From NCBI GenBank assembly GCA_902796065.1, contig CADBNS010000059.1, forward strand, positions 1-40,982: a stretch of 40,982 nt of DNA. Reading direction: 5' to 3'. Below the pieces are notes generated by a model that worked only from the letters and a program-made list of their open reading frames with translations, had not been told where the DNA came from and searched no databases. The position numbers and the translations under genes are program-made. Shown here piece after piece: positions 25,549 through 35,655 of the stretch. The stretch is from Ruminococcus flavefaciens (GTDB lineage: Bacteria > Bacillota > Clostridia > Oscillospirales > Ruminococcaceae). How positions within the stretch are numbered: the stretch's first letter is position 1; the number at the start of each line of letters is the position of its first letter.

Positions 25549-28500
25549 ATGAAGAAATTCACACGCAAAACTATCTCTGGACTGCTGTGCCTCGGAATGA
25601 TAATCAGCAGTATCCCAACAGTCGCTGCATCAGCCGCAGATACAGTGACTATCAACGAAGTATGCCCTAAGAACACGACTTACGCAGCTCCGGACGGCGG
25701 AAATTACGACTGGATAGAGCTGTATAACAGCTCCGGAAGCAGCGTGGACATCAGCGGCTGGGGTCTCTCTGACAAGGCTGACAAGCCCTTCAGATATACC
25801 TTCGCACAGGGCACATCTATCGCAGCAGGCGGCAGACTTGTCGTATTCTGCGACGCAGACGGCGCTGCAAACAACAGCTCCATCGCACCGTTCGGTCTTT
25901 CCACATCAGGTGAGACACTCATTCTCTCCGATGCAAGCGGCAATCAGGTAAGCACCGTAACATTTGAATCAATGGCATCAGACACTTCCATGGGACAGTA
26001 TCCCGAGGGAAGCGGTGAGTATTACGTACTCAGCTGCACTCCCGGACAGGCAAATACTGCACCGGAGGGATCAGCAGCAGTAAGAACACCATTATTCTCA
26101 CAGGAGAGCGGTTTCTACGACAGCGGATTCAGCCTCACACTTGAAGCACCTCAGGGCGGAGCGATTTACTACACAACCGACGGAAGTGATCCGACAACAT
26201 CATCAGAGCGCTACACAGGACCAATAAGCATCAAGGATATGACAAATACTCCTAATGTATACAGTGCACGTACAGATATAAGTGCATATACAGATATACT
26301 TGCTCCTGATGAGGGAGTCCTGAAAGCAGCAATCGTCCGTGCGATCGCAGTTGATGCACAGGGCAGACAGAGCGACATCGTTACCAAGACATACTTCGTA
26401 GGTTCAGCAAATGTTGAGCGCTACAGAAAAATGAAGGTAGTCTCACTGGTAACTGACCCGTCCAACCTCTTCGACTATGAAAAAGGCATCTACGTAACAG
26501 GTAAGGTGTACGAGCAGGGCGGCGGCGGAATGACATGGGGAATGCCCGGTCAGGGTGATCCCGGTCAGCAGTGGAACCCCGGCGGTCAGTGGAATATCCC
26601 CGGACAGCAGCAGGATCCTAACCAGCAGCAGGACCCTAATCAGCAGGGTCAGAACCAGCCATGGAATCCCGGCGGTCAGTGGAATATCCCTGGACAGCAG
26701 CAGGATCCTAACCAGCAGGGTCAGAATCAGCCGTGGAATCCCGGTCAGTTCAACTGGAACGGCGACAACAATCAGAATGCATTTACTGCCGGCGACATTA
26801 ACGCACCGGATCAGCAGTCTACGTGGGGCAACTTCAACATGAACATGGGCGACTGGAACGGCGGAAATGCACAGCAGCCCGCAATAATGGCAGATGCACC
26901 GGCTGAGCAGCCTGAGGGTGAGACAGATGAAGAGTGGGGCGATTTCGTAGGCGGAGGCTTCGGCTTTGGCGGCGGAATGGGCGACTTTGCATTCATGTCA
27001 CAGGCTAACTACAACCAGAAGGGTCCAGAGTGGGAGCGTCCCGCAAACATAGAGATCTTCGACAACGGCGAGAGCGTCGTATCCCAGAACGTAGGCATCA
27101 GAACAAAGGGTGCCGCATCTCGTGCATGGGCACAGAAGAGCTTCAACATCTTCACACGTATGGACTACGGCAAGGGTGAAGTAACATACGATCTCTTTGA
27201 GGGCAAGTCCACAAAGGCTAAGAACAACAAGGTCATCGATACATTCAATGGCTTTACTATAAGAAACGGCGGAAACGACAATATGGCAGGTTTCTTCCGT
27301 GATTCAGTTAACCAGTCACTGGTCGGCGACAGAGATATGGCAACTCAGGCAACAAGTGAGTGCATACTCTTCATCGACGGCGAATTCTGGGGCATTTATC
27401 AGCTCATGGAGAAGTACAACACCGATTACTTCAAGTCACACTACGGCATCAAGAAGAACGATGTTGCTTACATAAAGAACAATACCCTTGAGGACGGCTC
27501 AAATCAGGACCAGACAGACTGGAACAACCTCCTCAATGAGATCTCAAGAAACGATATGAGCAATGACGCAAACTACAAGGCAGTCTGCGAAAAGCTGGAC
27601 ATCCAGAGCTTTATCGACTACTTCGGCGCCCAGATCTACTGGGGCAACCACGACTGGCCGAACAACAACACCGGCGTATGGAGAGCTAACACAGTTGATC
27701 CGGAGAATCCGTGGGCAGACGGCAAGTGGCGTATGGTACTGTTCGATACAGAGTACAGCGCAAACCTTGCAGACAAGGTAAGTGAGACAGGTCCTACCTT
27801 CAACAGCTTCAATCAGGTCGGAGGCGGCGGATTCGGCATGGGCGGCGGCGGCTCACTGAGCGGCGCATTCTCAGCACTGATGAAGAACGCTGACTTCAAG
27901 AAGCAGTTTGAGCTGAGCTTCATGGATATGGCAAATTACAACTTCGATACTAAGAAGACCACTGAGGCTATCAACTACTACAGAGGATTCAAGGAGCAGA
28001 TCCTTGATACATACAAGAGATTCCCGTCCTCAAAGCACGTACACAACGAGTCTACATTTGAGGAGGACTACAAGCTGCTTGAGACCTTCTACAACACAAG
28101 ATACGGCAACATAACAAGCATGATGAAGACATATATGGGACTCACCGGCAGTCTTGCAAGCGTAACTGTAAGCAATGACGGCAGCAAGGGTTCTGTAAAG
28201 TTCAACACCATCAATCTTGACGATACACTGAGCACATGGACAGGCAAGTACTACACAGACTATCCTGTAACAGTGAAGGCAATGCCCAAGGAAGGCTACA
28301 GCTTCGATCACTGGGAGGTAACAGGAGCAAACGTAAGCAATACCTCATCAGATGAGATCACTGTACCCGTAAGTGAAGGCGTTACTATCAAGGCAGTATA
28401 CAAGACAGGCTCAGCTCCGGCAACACAGCCGTCTTCACAGCCGACAACACAGCCTGCTACCAAGCCTACTACTCAGCCTCAGCAGCAGGGTAATGTGGTA

Positions 28501-28713
28501 TACGGTGACGCTAACCTTGACGGAAAGGTAACTCTTTCAGACGCATTGGCAATACTCCAGTTCGTAGCAAATGAGAACAAGTATCCGCTGAGCGAGCAGG
28601 CTAAGAAGAACGCAGACTGCTTCAATCCCGGCGACGGAATCACAGGTATGGACTCAGTTGCAGTACAGATGTACGATGTAAAGGAGATCTCAAGCCTCCC
28701 TTACAGACAGTAA
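25549..28713 (+). CDS. Secreted CotH kinase-family protein: lamin-tail domain, FN3-associated/CHB_HEX_C module, CotH domain, C-terminal dockerin
   Basis: AGGAGG RBS and signal peptide. LTD TINEV...DWIELYN...DISGWGLSD; IYYTTDGSDPT; CotH EWERPA, GIRTKGAASR..QKSF, LFIDGEFWGIYQLMEK, NHDWPNNN and LFDTE; dockerin YGDANLDGKVTLSDA...NADC...LP. Confidence 0.9.
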   Translation: MKKFTRKTISGLLCLGMIISSIPTVAASAADTVTINEVCPKNTTYAAPDGGNYDWIELYNSSGSSVDISGWGLSDKADKPFRYTFAQGTSIAAGGRLVVFCDADGAANNSSIAPFGLSTSGETLILSDASGNQVSTVTFESMASDTSMGQYPEGSGEYYVLSCTPGQANTAPEGSAAVRTPLFSQESGFYDSGFSLTLEAPQGGAIYYTTDGSDPTTSSERYTGPISIKDMTNTPNVYSARTDISAYTDILAPDEGVLKAAIVRAIAVDAQGRQSDIVTKTYFVGSANVERYRKMKVVSLVTDPSNLFDYEKGIYVTGKVYEQGGGGMTWGMPGQGDPGQQWNPGGQWNIPGQQQDPNQQQDPNQQGQNQPWNPGGQWNIPGQQQDPNQQGQNQPWNPGQFNWNGDNNQNAFTAGDINAPDQQSTWGNFNMNMGDWNGGNAQQPAIMADAPAEQPEGETDEEWGDFVGGGFGFGGGMGDFAFMSQANYNQKGPEWERPANIEIFDNGESVVSQNVGIRTKGAASRAWAQKSFNIFTRMDYGKGEVTYDLFEGKSTKAKNNKVIDTFNGFTIRNGGNDNMAGFFRDSVNQSLVGDRDMATQATSECILFIDGEFWGIYQLMEKYNTDYFKSHYGIKKNDVAYIKNNTLEDGSNQDQTDWNNLLNEISRNDMSNDANYKAVCEKLDIQSFIDYFGAQIYWGNHDWPNNNTGVWRANTVDPENPWADGKWRMVLFDTEYSANLADKVSETGPTFNSFNQVGGGGFGMGGGGSLSGAFSALMKNADFKKQFELSFMDMANYNFDTKKTTEAINYYRGFKEQILDTYKRFPSSKHVHNESTFEEDYKLLETFYNTRYGNITSMMKTYMGLTGSLASVTVSNDGSKGSVKFNTINLDDTLSTWTGKYYTDYPVTVKAMPKEGYSFDHWEVTGANVSNTSSDEITVPVSEGVTIKAVYKTGSAPATQPSSQPTTQPATKPTTQPQQQGNVVYGDANLDGKVTLSDALAILQFVANENKYPLSEQAKKNADCFNPGDGITGMDSVAVQMYDVKEISSLPYRQ
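26572..26750 (+). repeat. Intragenic tandem repeats encoding WNPGGQWNIPGQQQDPNQQ(G)QNQP
   Basis: Units start at 26572, 26662 and 26734 (partial), with 90 and 72 bp spacing; the first unit has an extra 18-bp QQDPNQ copy. Confidence 0.85.
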
Positions 28714-28730
28714 TAACCCACTAAATAACA

Positions 28731-28760
28731 AGAGGGACCGTTTCGCACGGTCCCTTTTTG
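28731..28760 (+). terminator. Intrinsic terminator after the CotH gene
   Basis: AGGGACCG-TTTCGCA-CGGTCCCT followed by TTTT. Confidence 0.85.
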
Positions 28761-28764
28761 CGTT

Positions 28765-28912
28765 ATAAAAACGACCCCGAATAATGGCAGCACCCTTTTT
28801 GCAGATTTTATACGCGAATAACGGGGGGATAACTTTTCCTCAGAAAGGATCCCCCAGATGGTTACATATAAAACTGCAATAAGTAAGCTGCCCTTATTCG
28901 GGGCGGGTTTAT
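28765..28912. repeat. ~145-bp nested imperfect palindrome (REP-like)
   Basis: Paired segments CCCCGAATAA/TTATTCGGGG, GGCAGC/GCTGCC, TTGCAG/CTGCAA, TTTTATA/TATAAAA and GGGGGAT/ATCCCCC in nested order. Confidence 0.7.
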
Positions 28913-29973
28913 GTAGTGGCGTAGAGATTGGTCTCCCAGGCAGGGATATAGAGCTGGTGGCGGATATAGATCTTATAGTCCGGATTCAGCGCCTTAATAA
29001 GGAGCGGCAGCTCAAAAATATCCTCATTGCGGTGATAGAGAGCGACCATCATCTTCGGGGCAAAGTGACCGATAGTCTGAGCGGCGCCCCAGATAGCCTC
29101 ACGTTCAAAGCCTTCGACGTCCATTTTGATGATACTTGCGGACTTACCGTCGAGGACAGAATCAACTGAGCGGCAGTCTATCATAGTTTCAGCATTTGCA
29201 GCAATAGCGGACTGACGGCCAGCCTTTGCAGCGAAGGGGAGCTCCCTGTCCACGCACCATGCCGCAGCATTGAACGCATTGACATTGAGCATACCGTCGA
29301 TGAATTTATTGAGTTTTTTGAAGTTCTTCCTGTCGGGTTCAAGGGCATAGAGAGCGTGGTATCTGCCATGAGTGAACTCCAGCAGTTCGCGGATAGTATC
29401 GCCGTTATACGCGCCAAGATCCACATAAGTGTCATTCATATGAGGCTTGATGATCTTCTTGTAGATCTCCGACTTGGGAGTAGTAACGCTGGAGAGGTAC
29501 TCAATATTGCCGCTGATCTTGAAATTGATGATATTAGCGTAGACCTTGCGTGAGTAATCGTCAGCCAGCATATCGTAGACCTGCTGAATTTTTTGTTCAT
29601 TGGCAATGCAGTAGTCGTAAGTGAACAGTCCCACATCCACCACCGGAACATCGGGCACATAGAGGGTATGGCGTGAAGCGATGTCGGTGATCCTGTCAAC
29701 GAGCTCCTGATAGCCGGCAGCGAAAGCGAGGACAACGACGAAATCGTCCACCATTTCCTCAACTTCGGAGAGCTTATGGACGCGGTAACCCTCAAAGGAG
29801 TGACCGCGAACGAAGTCATCGCTGGCGAAGATACCGGAGAGGGTGATACCCTTCTGTTTAAAGACGGACATAATTTTAAGAGCGCCGTCACCCATGCCGT
29901 AGATAAAGATCGGACGCTTTTCAGCCTTGAGTTTATCCCATGAGGTTGTTTTTTCTGTAATAAATGAGAGCAT
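28909..29973 (-). CDS. FkbM family SAM-dependent methyltransferase with N-terminal Rossmann-like extension
   Basis: YVDLGAYNGDT, ALEPD and IKMDVEGFE motifs; N-terminal IFIYGMGDGA. Confidence 0.88.
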   Translation of the reverse strand: MLSFITEKTTSWDKLKAEKRPIFIYGMGDGALKIMSVFKQKGITLSGIFASDDFVRGHSFEGYRVHKLSEVEEMVDDFVVVLAFAAGYQELVDRITDIASRHTLYVPDVPVVDVGLFTYDYCIANEQKIQQVYDMLADDYSRKVYANIINFKISGNIEYLSSVTTPKSEIYKKIIKPHMNDTYVDLGAYNGDTIRELLEFTHGRYHALYALEPDRKNFKKLNKFIDGMLNVNAFNAAAWCVDRELPFAAKAGRQSAIAANAETMIDCRSVDSVLDGKSASIIKMDVEGFEREAIWGAAQTIGHFAPKMMVALYHRNEDIFELPLLIKALNPDYKIYIRHQLYIPAWETNLYATT

Positions 29974-29992
29974 CTAAAACCTCCTGAAGCCG

Positions 29993-30400
29993 TTAAAACT
30001 CGCCCATATCGGAGTGGTCGTCGTGGTAGCCGTCATGGTAACCCATGAGGTCGCGTCCGCGGATGCCGTACTTATCGCGCATTTTGTTAAGGTACTCATC
30101 GATCATATCAGAAACCTCACGGACATTCTTGATGCAGTGAATCTCCTTAGTAGGAGTATCGGTATCGCGGCTGTAGATCATAATAGAGCCGCAGCCGAAC
30201 ATTCTCTGACCCATAGGACGGAGTATCTTTTTATCAGTGATCTTATAAAGGTCTATCTCATCCTCATCGACATTGAAGAAACCAGCCTTAGTGATAAGTT
30301 TAGTTTCGGTCAGGTAGTAAGTAGTGAAGGACAGGGGAAGGCCGAAGAGAGTACGTTTCTTATCAGTCCATACAACATTTTTAATTTGATGTTTACCCAT
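29993..30400 (-). CDS. Bacterial PH-domain (bPH_2-like) protein
   Basis: WTDKKR..FGLPLSFTTYYL...GFFN...EIDLYKITD...QRMFGCGSI. Start ATG 30400 with GGAGGT RBS; its own promoter TTGACT-17-TAGAAT lies at 30439-30467. Confidence 0.8.
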   Translation of the reverse strand: MGKHQIKNVVWTDKKRTLFGLPLSFTTYYLTETKLITKAGFFNVDEDEIDLYKITDKKILRPMGQRMFGCGSIMIYSRDTDTPTKEIHCIKNVREVSDMIDEYLNKMRDKYGIRGRDLMGYHDGYHDDHSDMGEF

Positions 30401-30498
30401 AAAATAAACCTCCTCAGTAATAATATATGTCACTTATTATTCTATCATAAAAAAGAGAAATAGTCAACAGGGGGTAAGAGAATTTCATCGAACGGACA

Positions 30499-30530
30499 TA
30501 AAAAAGCTGCCGCAGAAAGCGACAGCCTGT
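30499..30530 (-). terminator. Terminator after ftsH
   Basis: AAAAAAAGCTGCCGC-AGAAA-GCGACAGC stem with a U-tract on the minus strand. Confidence 0.7.
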
Positions 30531-30535
30531 AGTTA

Positions 30536-32461
30536 TTAAAGAGCCTCGGCAGGTTCGCCGGAGATCGAAGGAGCTGGAGTATCGTCCGAATTATCGGTAC
30601 TCTGTGGAGTATCGATAAGAACGTCCTCAGTGATCTCACCGCGCATGAGCTTCTCGAAGTCCTCACCATCGATCTTCTCGAATTTAAGGAGGTATTTTGC
30701 AAGGAGGTGGAGCTTATCGATATTAGCGCGGAGAATATCAGCGCAGTCGGAGTAAGCCTTTTCGATGATAGATTTGACCTCCTCATCGATCTCAGAAGCA
30801 ACAGCCTCACTGTAATTTCTTGTGTGGCCGTAATCCTTGCCCAGGAAGACTTCATCGTTTTCGGAGCCGTAAACAACGGTACCCAGTCTCTTGGAGAAAC
30901 CGTAGCGTGTGACCATATTGCGAGCGGTCTTGGTAGCGCGTTCGATGTCGTTGGAAGCGCCGGTGCAGATGTCGTCGAGGATAAGTTCCTCTGCAACACG
31001 GCCGCCCAGGAGCATGATGATACTTTCGCGCATCTGATTGCGTGAAACGTGCTGATCGTCGTTATCGGGACGGGTAACAGTAAGACCGGCAGCCATACCT
31101 CGCTGAATGATAGTGACCTGATGAACCTTATCCTGAGTTGGGAGGTTATAAGCAGCGATAGCGTGACCGGACTCATGATAAGCGGTAACGCGGCGGTCGT
31201 GCTCAGTAACTATCCTTGACTTCTTCTCAGGACCGGCAATGACCTTCATAGTAGCCTCTTCGATGTCGGCCTCAGTGATAGCGAGGCGCTCAGCTCTTGC
31301 AGCGAGGAGAGCGGCTTCATTGAGGAGGTTTTCGAGGTCTGCGCCGGTAAATCCCTGAGTAGTCTGAGCGATGACCTTGAGGTCAACATCGGGACCCAGC
31401 GGCTTATTTTTAGCATGAACTTTGAGAATATCCTCACGACCCTTTACATCGGGGTAGCCGACAACGATCTGTCTGTCGAAACGACCGGGACGCAGGAGAG
31501 CGGGATCAAGAATATCGCGGCGGTTTGTAGCGGCGATAACAATAACATTTTCGTTACCGGTGAAGCCGTCCATTTCGACCAGCAGTTGGTTGAGGGTCTG
31601 TTCGCGTTCATCGTGACCGCCGCCGAGACCGGCGCCTCTGTGACGACCGACAGCATCGATCTCATCGATGAAAACGATAGACGGAGCGTGTTTTTTAGCC
31701 TGATCGAAGAGGTCTCTGACACGGGAAGCTCCCACGCCGACGAACATCTCAACGAAGTCCGAACCGGAGATAGGGAAGAAAGGACAGCCTACCTCACCGG
31801 CAACAGCTCTTGCCAGCAGGGTCTTACCGGTACCGGGAGGTCCGAGGAGAAGTACACCCTTAGGCACCTTAGCACCAATATCAGCGTATTTATTGGGGTG
31901 TTTCAGGAAATCGACGATTTCGGCAAGTTCCTGTTTTTCCTCATCAGCACCTGCAACATCAGCGAAAGTAGCCTTGCGGGTATTTGCCTGATTTTTGAGG
32001 TTAGCCTTACCGAAGGTGGTATACTTGCTTCCGCCGGCACTTTGTTTCATCATAAAGAAGAGGATAGCGATACCGAGGAGAACGGTAAGTATCACAGGAA
32101 TAAGAGAATACAGCCAGGTTCTGTCGGTGACCTTGATGAAGTCCTGCACAAGCGGGGCATCGGGGTGCAGTTCATTGTATTCCTGACGATAGTTCTTGGT
32201 ATCCTCATAGAACATCTGGACACTTGGGACATTGTAGGCGTGTTTTTCCTCTTCACCCAGAAGCTGGTAGATGAGGTCGCCGGTGCCGAGGTCCAGTTCA
32301 TAGTAGCAAACTTCGTAGTTGTCAAAGTGGGTAATGACGGAAGCGTACTCAGTTCTTTCGGAATTCTGACCCAGTTTTGTGCCGATGTAGTAGAGACAGA
32401 AAATGGCAAGAACGAGAATAAACAGATACGTAACGATACCCTTGCTTTTTTTAGGTGTCAA
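30536..32461 (-). CDS. ftsH: ATP-dependent zinc metalloprotease FtsH
   Basis: Two TM helices, Walker [32 protein letters not shown] and HESGH (HEXXH). A TTG start at 32461 is favoured because the GTG at 32470 lies inside the GGAGTG RBS. Confidence 0.97.
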   Translation of the reverse strand: MTPKKSKGIVTYLFILVLAIFCLYYIGTKLGQNSERTEYASVITHFDNYEVCYYELDLGTGDLIYQLLGEEEKHAYNVPSVQMFYEDTKNYRQEYNELHPDAPLVQDFIKVTDRTWLYSLIPVILTVLLGIAILFFMMKQSAGGSKYTTFGKANLKNQANTRKATFADVAGADEEKQELAEIVDFLKHPNKYADIGAKVPKGVLLLGPPGTGKTLLARAVAGEVGCPFFPISGSDFVEMFVGVGASRVRDLFDQAKKHAPSIVFIDEIDAVGRHRGAGLGGGHDEREQTLNQLLVEMDGFTGNENVIVIAATNRRDILDPALLRPGRFDRQIVVGYPDVKGREDILKVHAKNKPLGPDVDLKVIAQTTQGFTGADLENLLNEAALLAARAERLAITEADIEEATMKVIAGPEKKSRIVTEHDRRVTAYHESGHAIAAYNLPTQDKVHQVTIIQRGMAAGLTVTRPDNDDQHVSRNQMRESIIMLLGGRVAEELILDDICTGASNDIERATKTARNMVTRYGFSKRLGTVVYGSENDEVFLGKDYGHTRNYSEAVASEIDEEVKSIIEKAYSDCADILRANIDKLHLLAKYLLKFEKIDGEDFEKLMRGEITEDVLIDTPQSTDNSDDTPAPSISGEPAEAL

Positions 32462-33815
32462 TAGATTCACTCCAATCTTGATGGTTACTGTAAACAGTGA
32501 TTATCAGGAGTTTTTTTGTGTCTGACCGTGGTCTGACACGATCAGCGATACCAATATACTCCGCAAAAATGGTACCGTTATCATCCTCTATAAAGTGCAT
32601 GGAACCTCTCTTATCCAGGGATACATTTTCGTTGATGAGTTTTTTCACAGAAGAAGAGAAGTTTCTGCCGGGGAGCTGTATCTTATCACCGAACCGGCGG
32701 TTGCGCACAACAGCTCTTCCTATAATTTTATCATAATCAAGGAGATAAAATGTTAATTTTTTGTGAACAGAGCTAAATTTCTTTAAATTGTCACAATCAA
32801 CCATCTCACACCGGAGTATCCGGTCCGGGAAAATGGCATTTTCACCAATGATCATCTCGCAGGACAGTTCCGGTGCAGGAGCGTCCGGCAGAGAGATAAG
32901 AGAAAGCACACCGTTTTTAGCAACTGCATAAATATCGCCTGAGATATTAATCTTACCATTATTCATGAGAATGCCATCGATCTCAGACAGTCTCCTGTGG
33001 GAGTATGGCAGCTTGTTCCTCGCAAGCAAACGGGCGATACAGCGTCTCCGCACTACCGGATGGAACTCACACAGTCCGGACAAGGTATTACCATTCCGGC
33101 ACTTATCCTCAGCATCATCGGTCAACTGTTCGATGAGCGCATTCTCACTGCGCAGACCGGATATGGAGGTGACGGAGGTCTCAATGACGGAGCTGTTCAG
33201 CTCACGGAGCATAGGTACGATCCGGTGGCGGATCTTATTGCGTGTGTAGTCATCGGAAAGGTTAGTGCTGTCGGTAACGTAGCTTTGACCCATATCTGCA
33301 AGGAACTGCTCGATTTCGTGGCGTGTTACAGTCAGCAGGGGACGGACAATATTGTCCCTGACAGGAGGAATACCGGCAAGACCTTTGAGAGCTGTACCTC
33401 TTGTGAGGTTGAGAATGAGGGTCTCAAGGTTATCGTCGGCGTTGTGAGCCGTGGCTAACAGCTTACCGCAGGTATTGGCAGCAAAAACATCATATCTCAG
33501 CTTACGTGCAGCCTCCTCATCGGAGAGGGAGTTTACCATTGCGTACTCCCTGACATTGACGGAAACAGCGGTAAACGGGATAGAGTGACAGCTGCACAGC
33601 TGGCGGCAGAACTCCTCATCGCGGTCACTTTCCTTACCGCGCAGACAGTGGTTGACGTGGAGAGCCTCCACAGTGATACCCAGTCTTTCACGCAGCTGAA
33701 ACAGCGATAATAAAAGGCAAACGCTGTCAGCGCCTCCTGAGAGACCGCAAACAACGGTATCGCCTTTATTGATCATATTATTTTCGCAAATGAAGTCATA
33801 TATTTTATCAAGCAT
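32451..33815 (-). CDS. tilS: tRNA(Ile)-lysidine synthase
   Basis: PP-loop SGGADS, HVNHCLRG, ARKLRY, AHNADDNLET, VRPLL and YTRNKIR. Start ATG 33815, directly after the dnaB stop. Confidence 0.95.
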   Translation of the reverse strand: MLDKIYDFICENNMINKGDTVVCGLSGGADSVCLLLSLFQLRERLGITVEALHVNHCLRGKESDRDEEFCRQLCSCHSIPFTAVSVNVREYAMVNSLSDEEAARKLRYDVFAANTCGKLLATAHNADDNLETLILNLTRGTALKGLAGIPPVRDNIVRPLLTVTRHEIEQFLADMGQSYVTDSTNLSDDYTRNKIRHRIVPMLRELNSSVIETSVTSISGLRSENALIEQLTDDAEDKCRNGNTLSGLCEFHPVVRRRCIARLLARNKLPYSHRRLSEIDGILMNNGKINISGDIYAVAKNGVLSLISLPDAPAPELSCEMIIGENAIFPDRILRCEMVDCDNLKKFSSVHKKLTFYLLDYDKIIGRAVVRNRRFGDKIQLPGRNFSSSVKKLINENVSLDKRGSMHFIEDDNGTIFAEYIGIADRVRPRSDTKKLLIITVYSNHQDWSESIDT

Positions 33816-33816
33816 A

Positions 33817-35169
33817 TCAGTTCTCCGGCGGAGTAGAGTAGTCCGGATTTGAGAAGCGTGTATACTGACCGTCCCAGTACAGCTCAACGGTACCGGTCTC
33901 ACCGTGACGGTTTTTAGCCACGATGCATTCAGAGATATTCTGTCTCTGGCTCTCCTTGTTGTAGTAGGCGTCGCGGTAGAGGAAGAGAACAATATCGGCA
34001 TCCTGCTCGATAGAACCGGATTCACGGAGGTCAGACAGCATAGGCCGCTTATCAGTACGGCTCTCAACGGCACGGGACAGCTGAGAGAGGAGGATAACGG
34101 GAACATTGAGCTCCTTCGCCATTACCTTCAGCTGACGGGTTATCTCAGAGATGACGGTAACGCGGTTATCGGAGCGTGAGGTAGATTCCATGAGCTGTAA
34201 GTAGTCGATGATGACGAGTCCCAGATTCTTGACACGCCTTAGCTTAGCCTTCATCTGCTGAACGGTCATACTTGCAGTATCATCGATATACAGGGGCAGG
34301 GTAGTGAGGTAGCCGGCACTTGTAGCCAGTTTTACCCAGTCCTCCGCCTGAATGCGGCCGTTTCTCAGAGAGCTTGAATCCACCAGCGCCTCAGTGGAGA
34401 GGATACGGGTAGCCAGCTGCTCCTTGGACATTTCGAGGTTGAAGGTAACGACGTCCTTATCGCTGCGTCTTGCGACATTGGTAGCGATATTCATAGCGAA
34501 GGAGGTCTTACCCATACCGGGACGGGCAGCGATGATGATGAGGTCGGACTTATTAAGGCCGGAGGTAATGGAATCCAGCATAGTGAAGCCGGTTTTAGCG
34601 CCCACGTACTTTTCCTTGTCCTCACCGGTGATCTTGCCGAGCCTGTCGTAGGCTTCAAGCACAGCATCGCCCAGTGGTACAAGACCCTTGACATCGCGTC
34701 CCTGACGAATATCATATATTTTCTGCTCAGCAGCATCGAGGAGGAGCTGAGCGTCGGACTCACCGGACTGAATATCCTCAAGAATACTTCTCGCAACAAC
34801 CCCCAGACTGCGGACAAAGTACTTGTCAGCCACGATGCGGCAGTAGCTTTCGATGTTGGAGGTAGAGGGGAGGATAGTGCCGATCTCCTGCAAATAGCGC
34901 TTACCCTCGGTGGAACTCTCAAAGATATGGAGTTTTTCCGCCTCATTGAGGACAGTGACAATATCGACTGGAGCACCGCTTGTGAACATACGCAGGATAA
35001 TGCCGTAAATAGCTTTATGCTGTTCGCTGTAGAAGTAATCCGGCTTTATTAGCTCAACTACCTGCGGGAGCACCGATGGATCGGAGATAACAGCGCCGAT
35101 AACGGACTGTTCCGCTTCGATGCTGTGTGGCAGCTCCCTTGCGGACATCAGAATATTATTATCTTCCAT
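33817..35169 (-). CDS. dnaB: Replicative DNA helicase
   Basis: LPHSIEAEQSVIG, IAARPGMGKTSF, IIDYLQLM, LSQLSR and DLRESGSIEQDAD. Confidence 0.98.
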   Translation of the reverse strand: MEDNNILMSARELPHSIEAEQSVIGAVISDPSVLPQVVELIKPDYFYSEQHKAIYGIILRMFTSGAPVDIVTVLNEAEKLHIFESSTEGKRYLQEIGTILPSTSNIESYCRIVADKYFVRSLGVVARSILEDIQSGESDAQLLLDAAEQKIYDIRQGRDVKGLVPLGDAVLEAYDRLGKITGEDKEKYVGAKTGFTMLDSITSGLNKSDLIIIAARPGMGKTSFAMNIATNVARRSDKDVVTFNLEMSKEQLATRILSTEALVDSSSLRNGRIQAEDWVKLATSAGYLTTLPLYIDDTASMTVQQMKAKLRRVKNLGLVIIDYLQLMESTSRSDNRVTVISEITRQLKVMAKELNVPVILLSQLSRAVESRTDKRPMLSDLRESGSIEQDADIVLFLYRDAYYNKESQRQNISECIVAKNRHGETGTVELYWDGQYTRFSNPDYSTPPEN

Positions 35170-35182
35170 GACAGAGTATCAG

Positions 35183-35629
35183 TTAACCCTCAACTACTTC
35201 AATGTCAACGGTCTCACTGATACCGGTATAGAGCTTGACAACAGCCTTATAGCTGCCGAAGTTCTTTATATCGGTGCTGAGAGAGATCTTTTTCTTGTCG
35301 ATATTCAGACCGAAAGCAGCGTTAACAGCGTCAGCGACATTAGCAGCGGTAACGGAGCCGAAAAGTCTGTCATTTGATCCAGCCTTAGCCTTGATGGTAA
35401 CCTTCTGGTCCTTGAGCTTAGCAGCAGCCTCAAGAGCAGCCTGCTTTTCAACATCAGCCTTGTGCTGGGCGGATGACTGCTGACCCTCCAGCTTGTTCAT
35501 ATTCGAGGAAGTAGCCTCAACAGCCAGACCCTTAGGCAGCAGCATATTTCTTGCGTAGCCGTCCGCAACGTTCTTTACCTCACCTTTTTTGCCTGAGCCT
35601 TTAACGTCCTGTAAAAAGATAACTTTCAT
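35183..35629 (-). CDS. rplI: 50S ribosomal protein L9
   Basis: [36 protein letters not shown] and LFGSVT. Confidence 0.98.
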   Translation of the reverse strand: MKVIFLQDVKGSGKKGEVKNVADGYARNMLLPKGLAVEATSSNMNKLEGQQSSAQHKADVEKQAALEAAAKLKDQKVTIKAKAGSNDRLFGSVTAANVADAVNAAFGLNIDKKKISLSTDIKNFGSYKAVVKLYTGISETVDIEVVEG

Positions 35630-35655
35630 GATATTTATACCTTCCTTTCGATAGA

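Noticed and set aside
26572-26750. CRISPR-like direct repeats
   Set aside because: In-frame coding repeats without unique spacers; no cas genes in the window.
33816-34106. Extended N-terminus of the tilS ORF in the ORF track
   Set aside because: It overlaps dnaB in another frame; TilS homology begins at ATG 33815.
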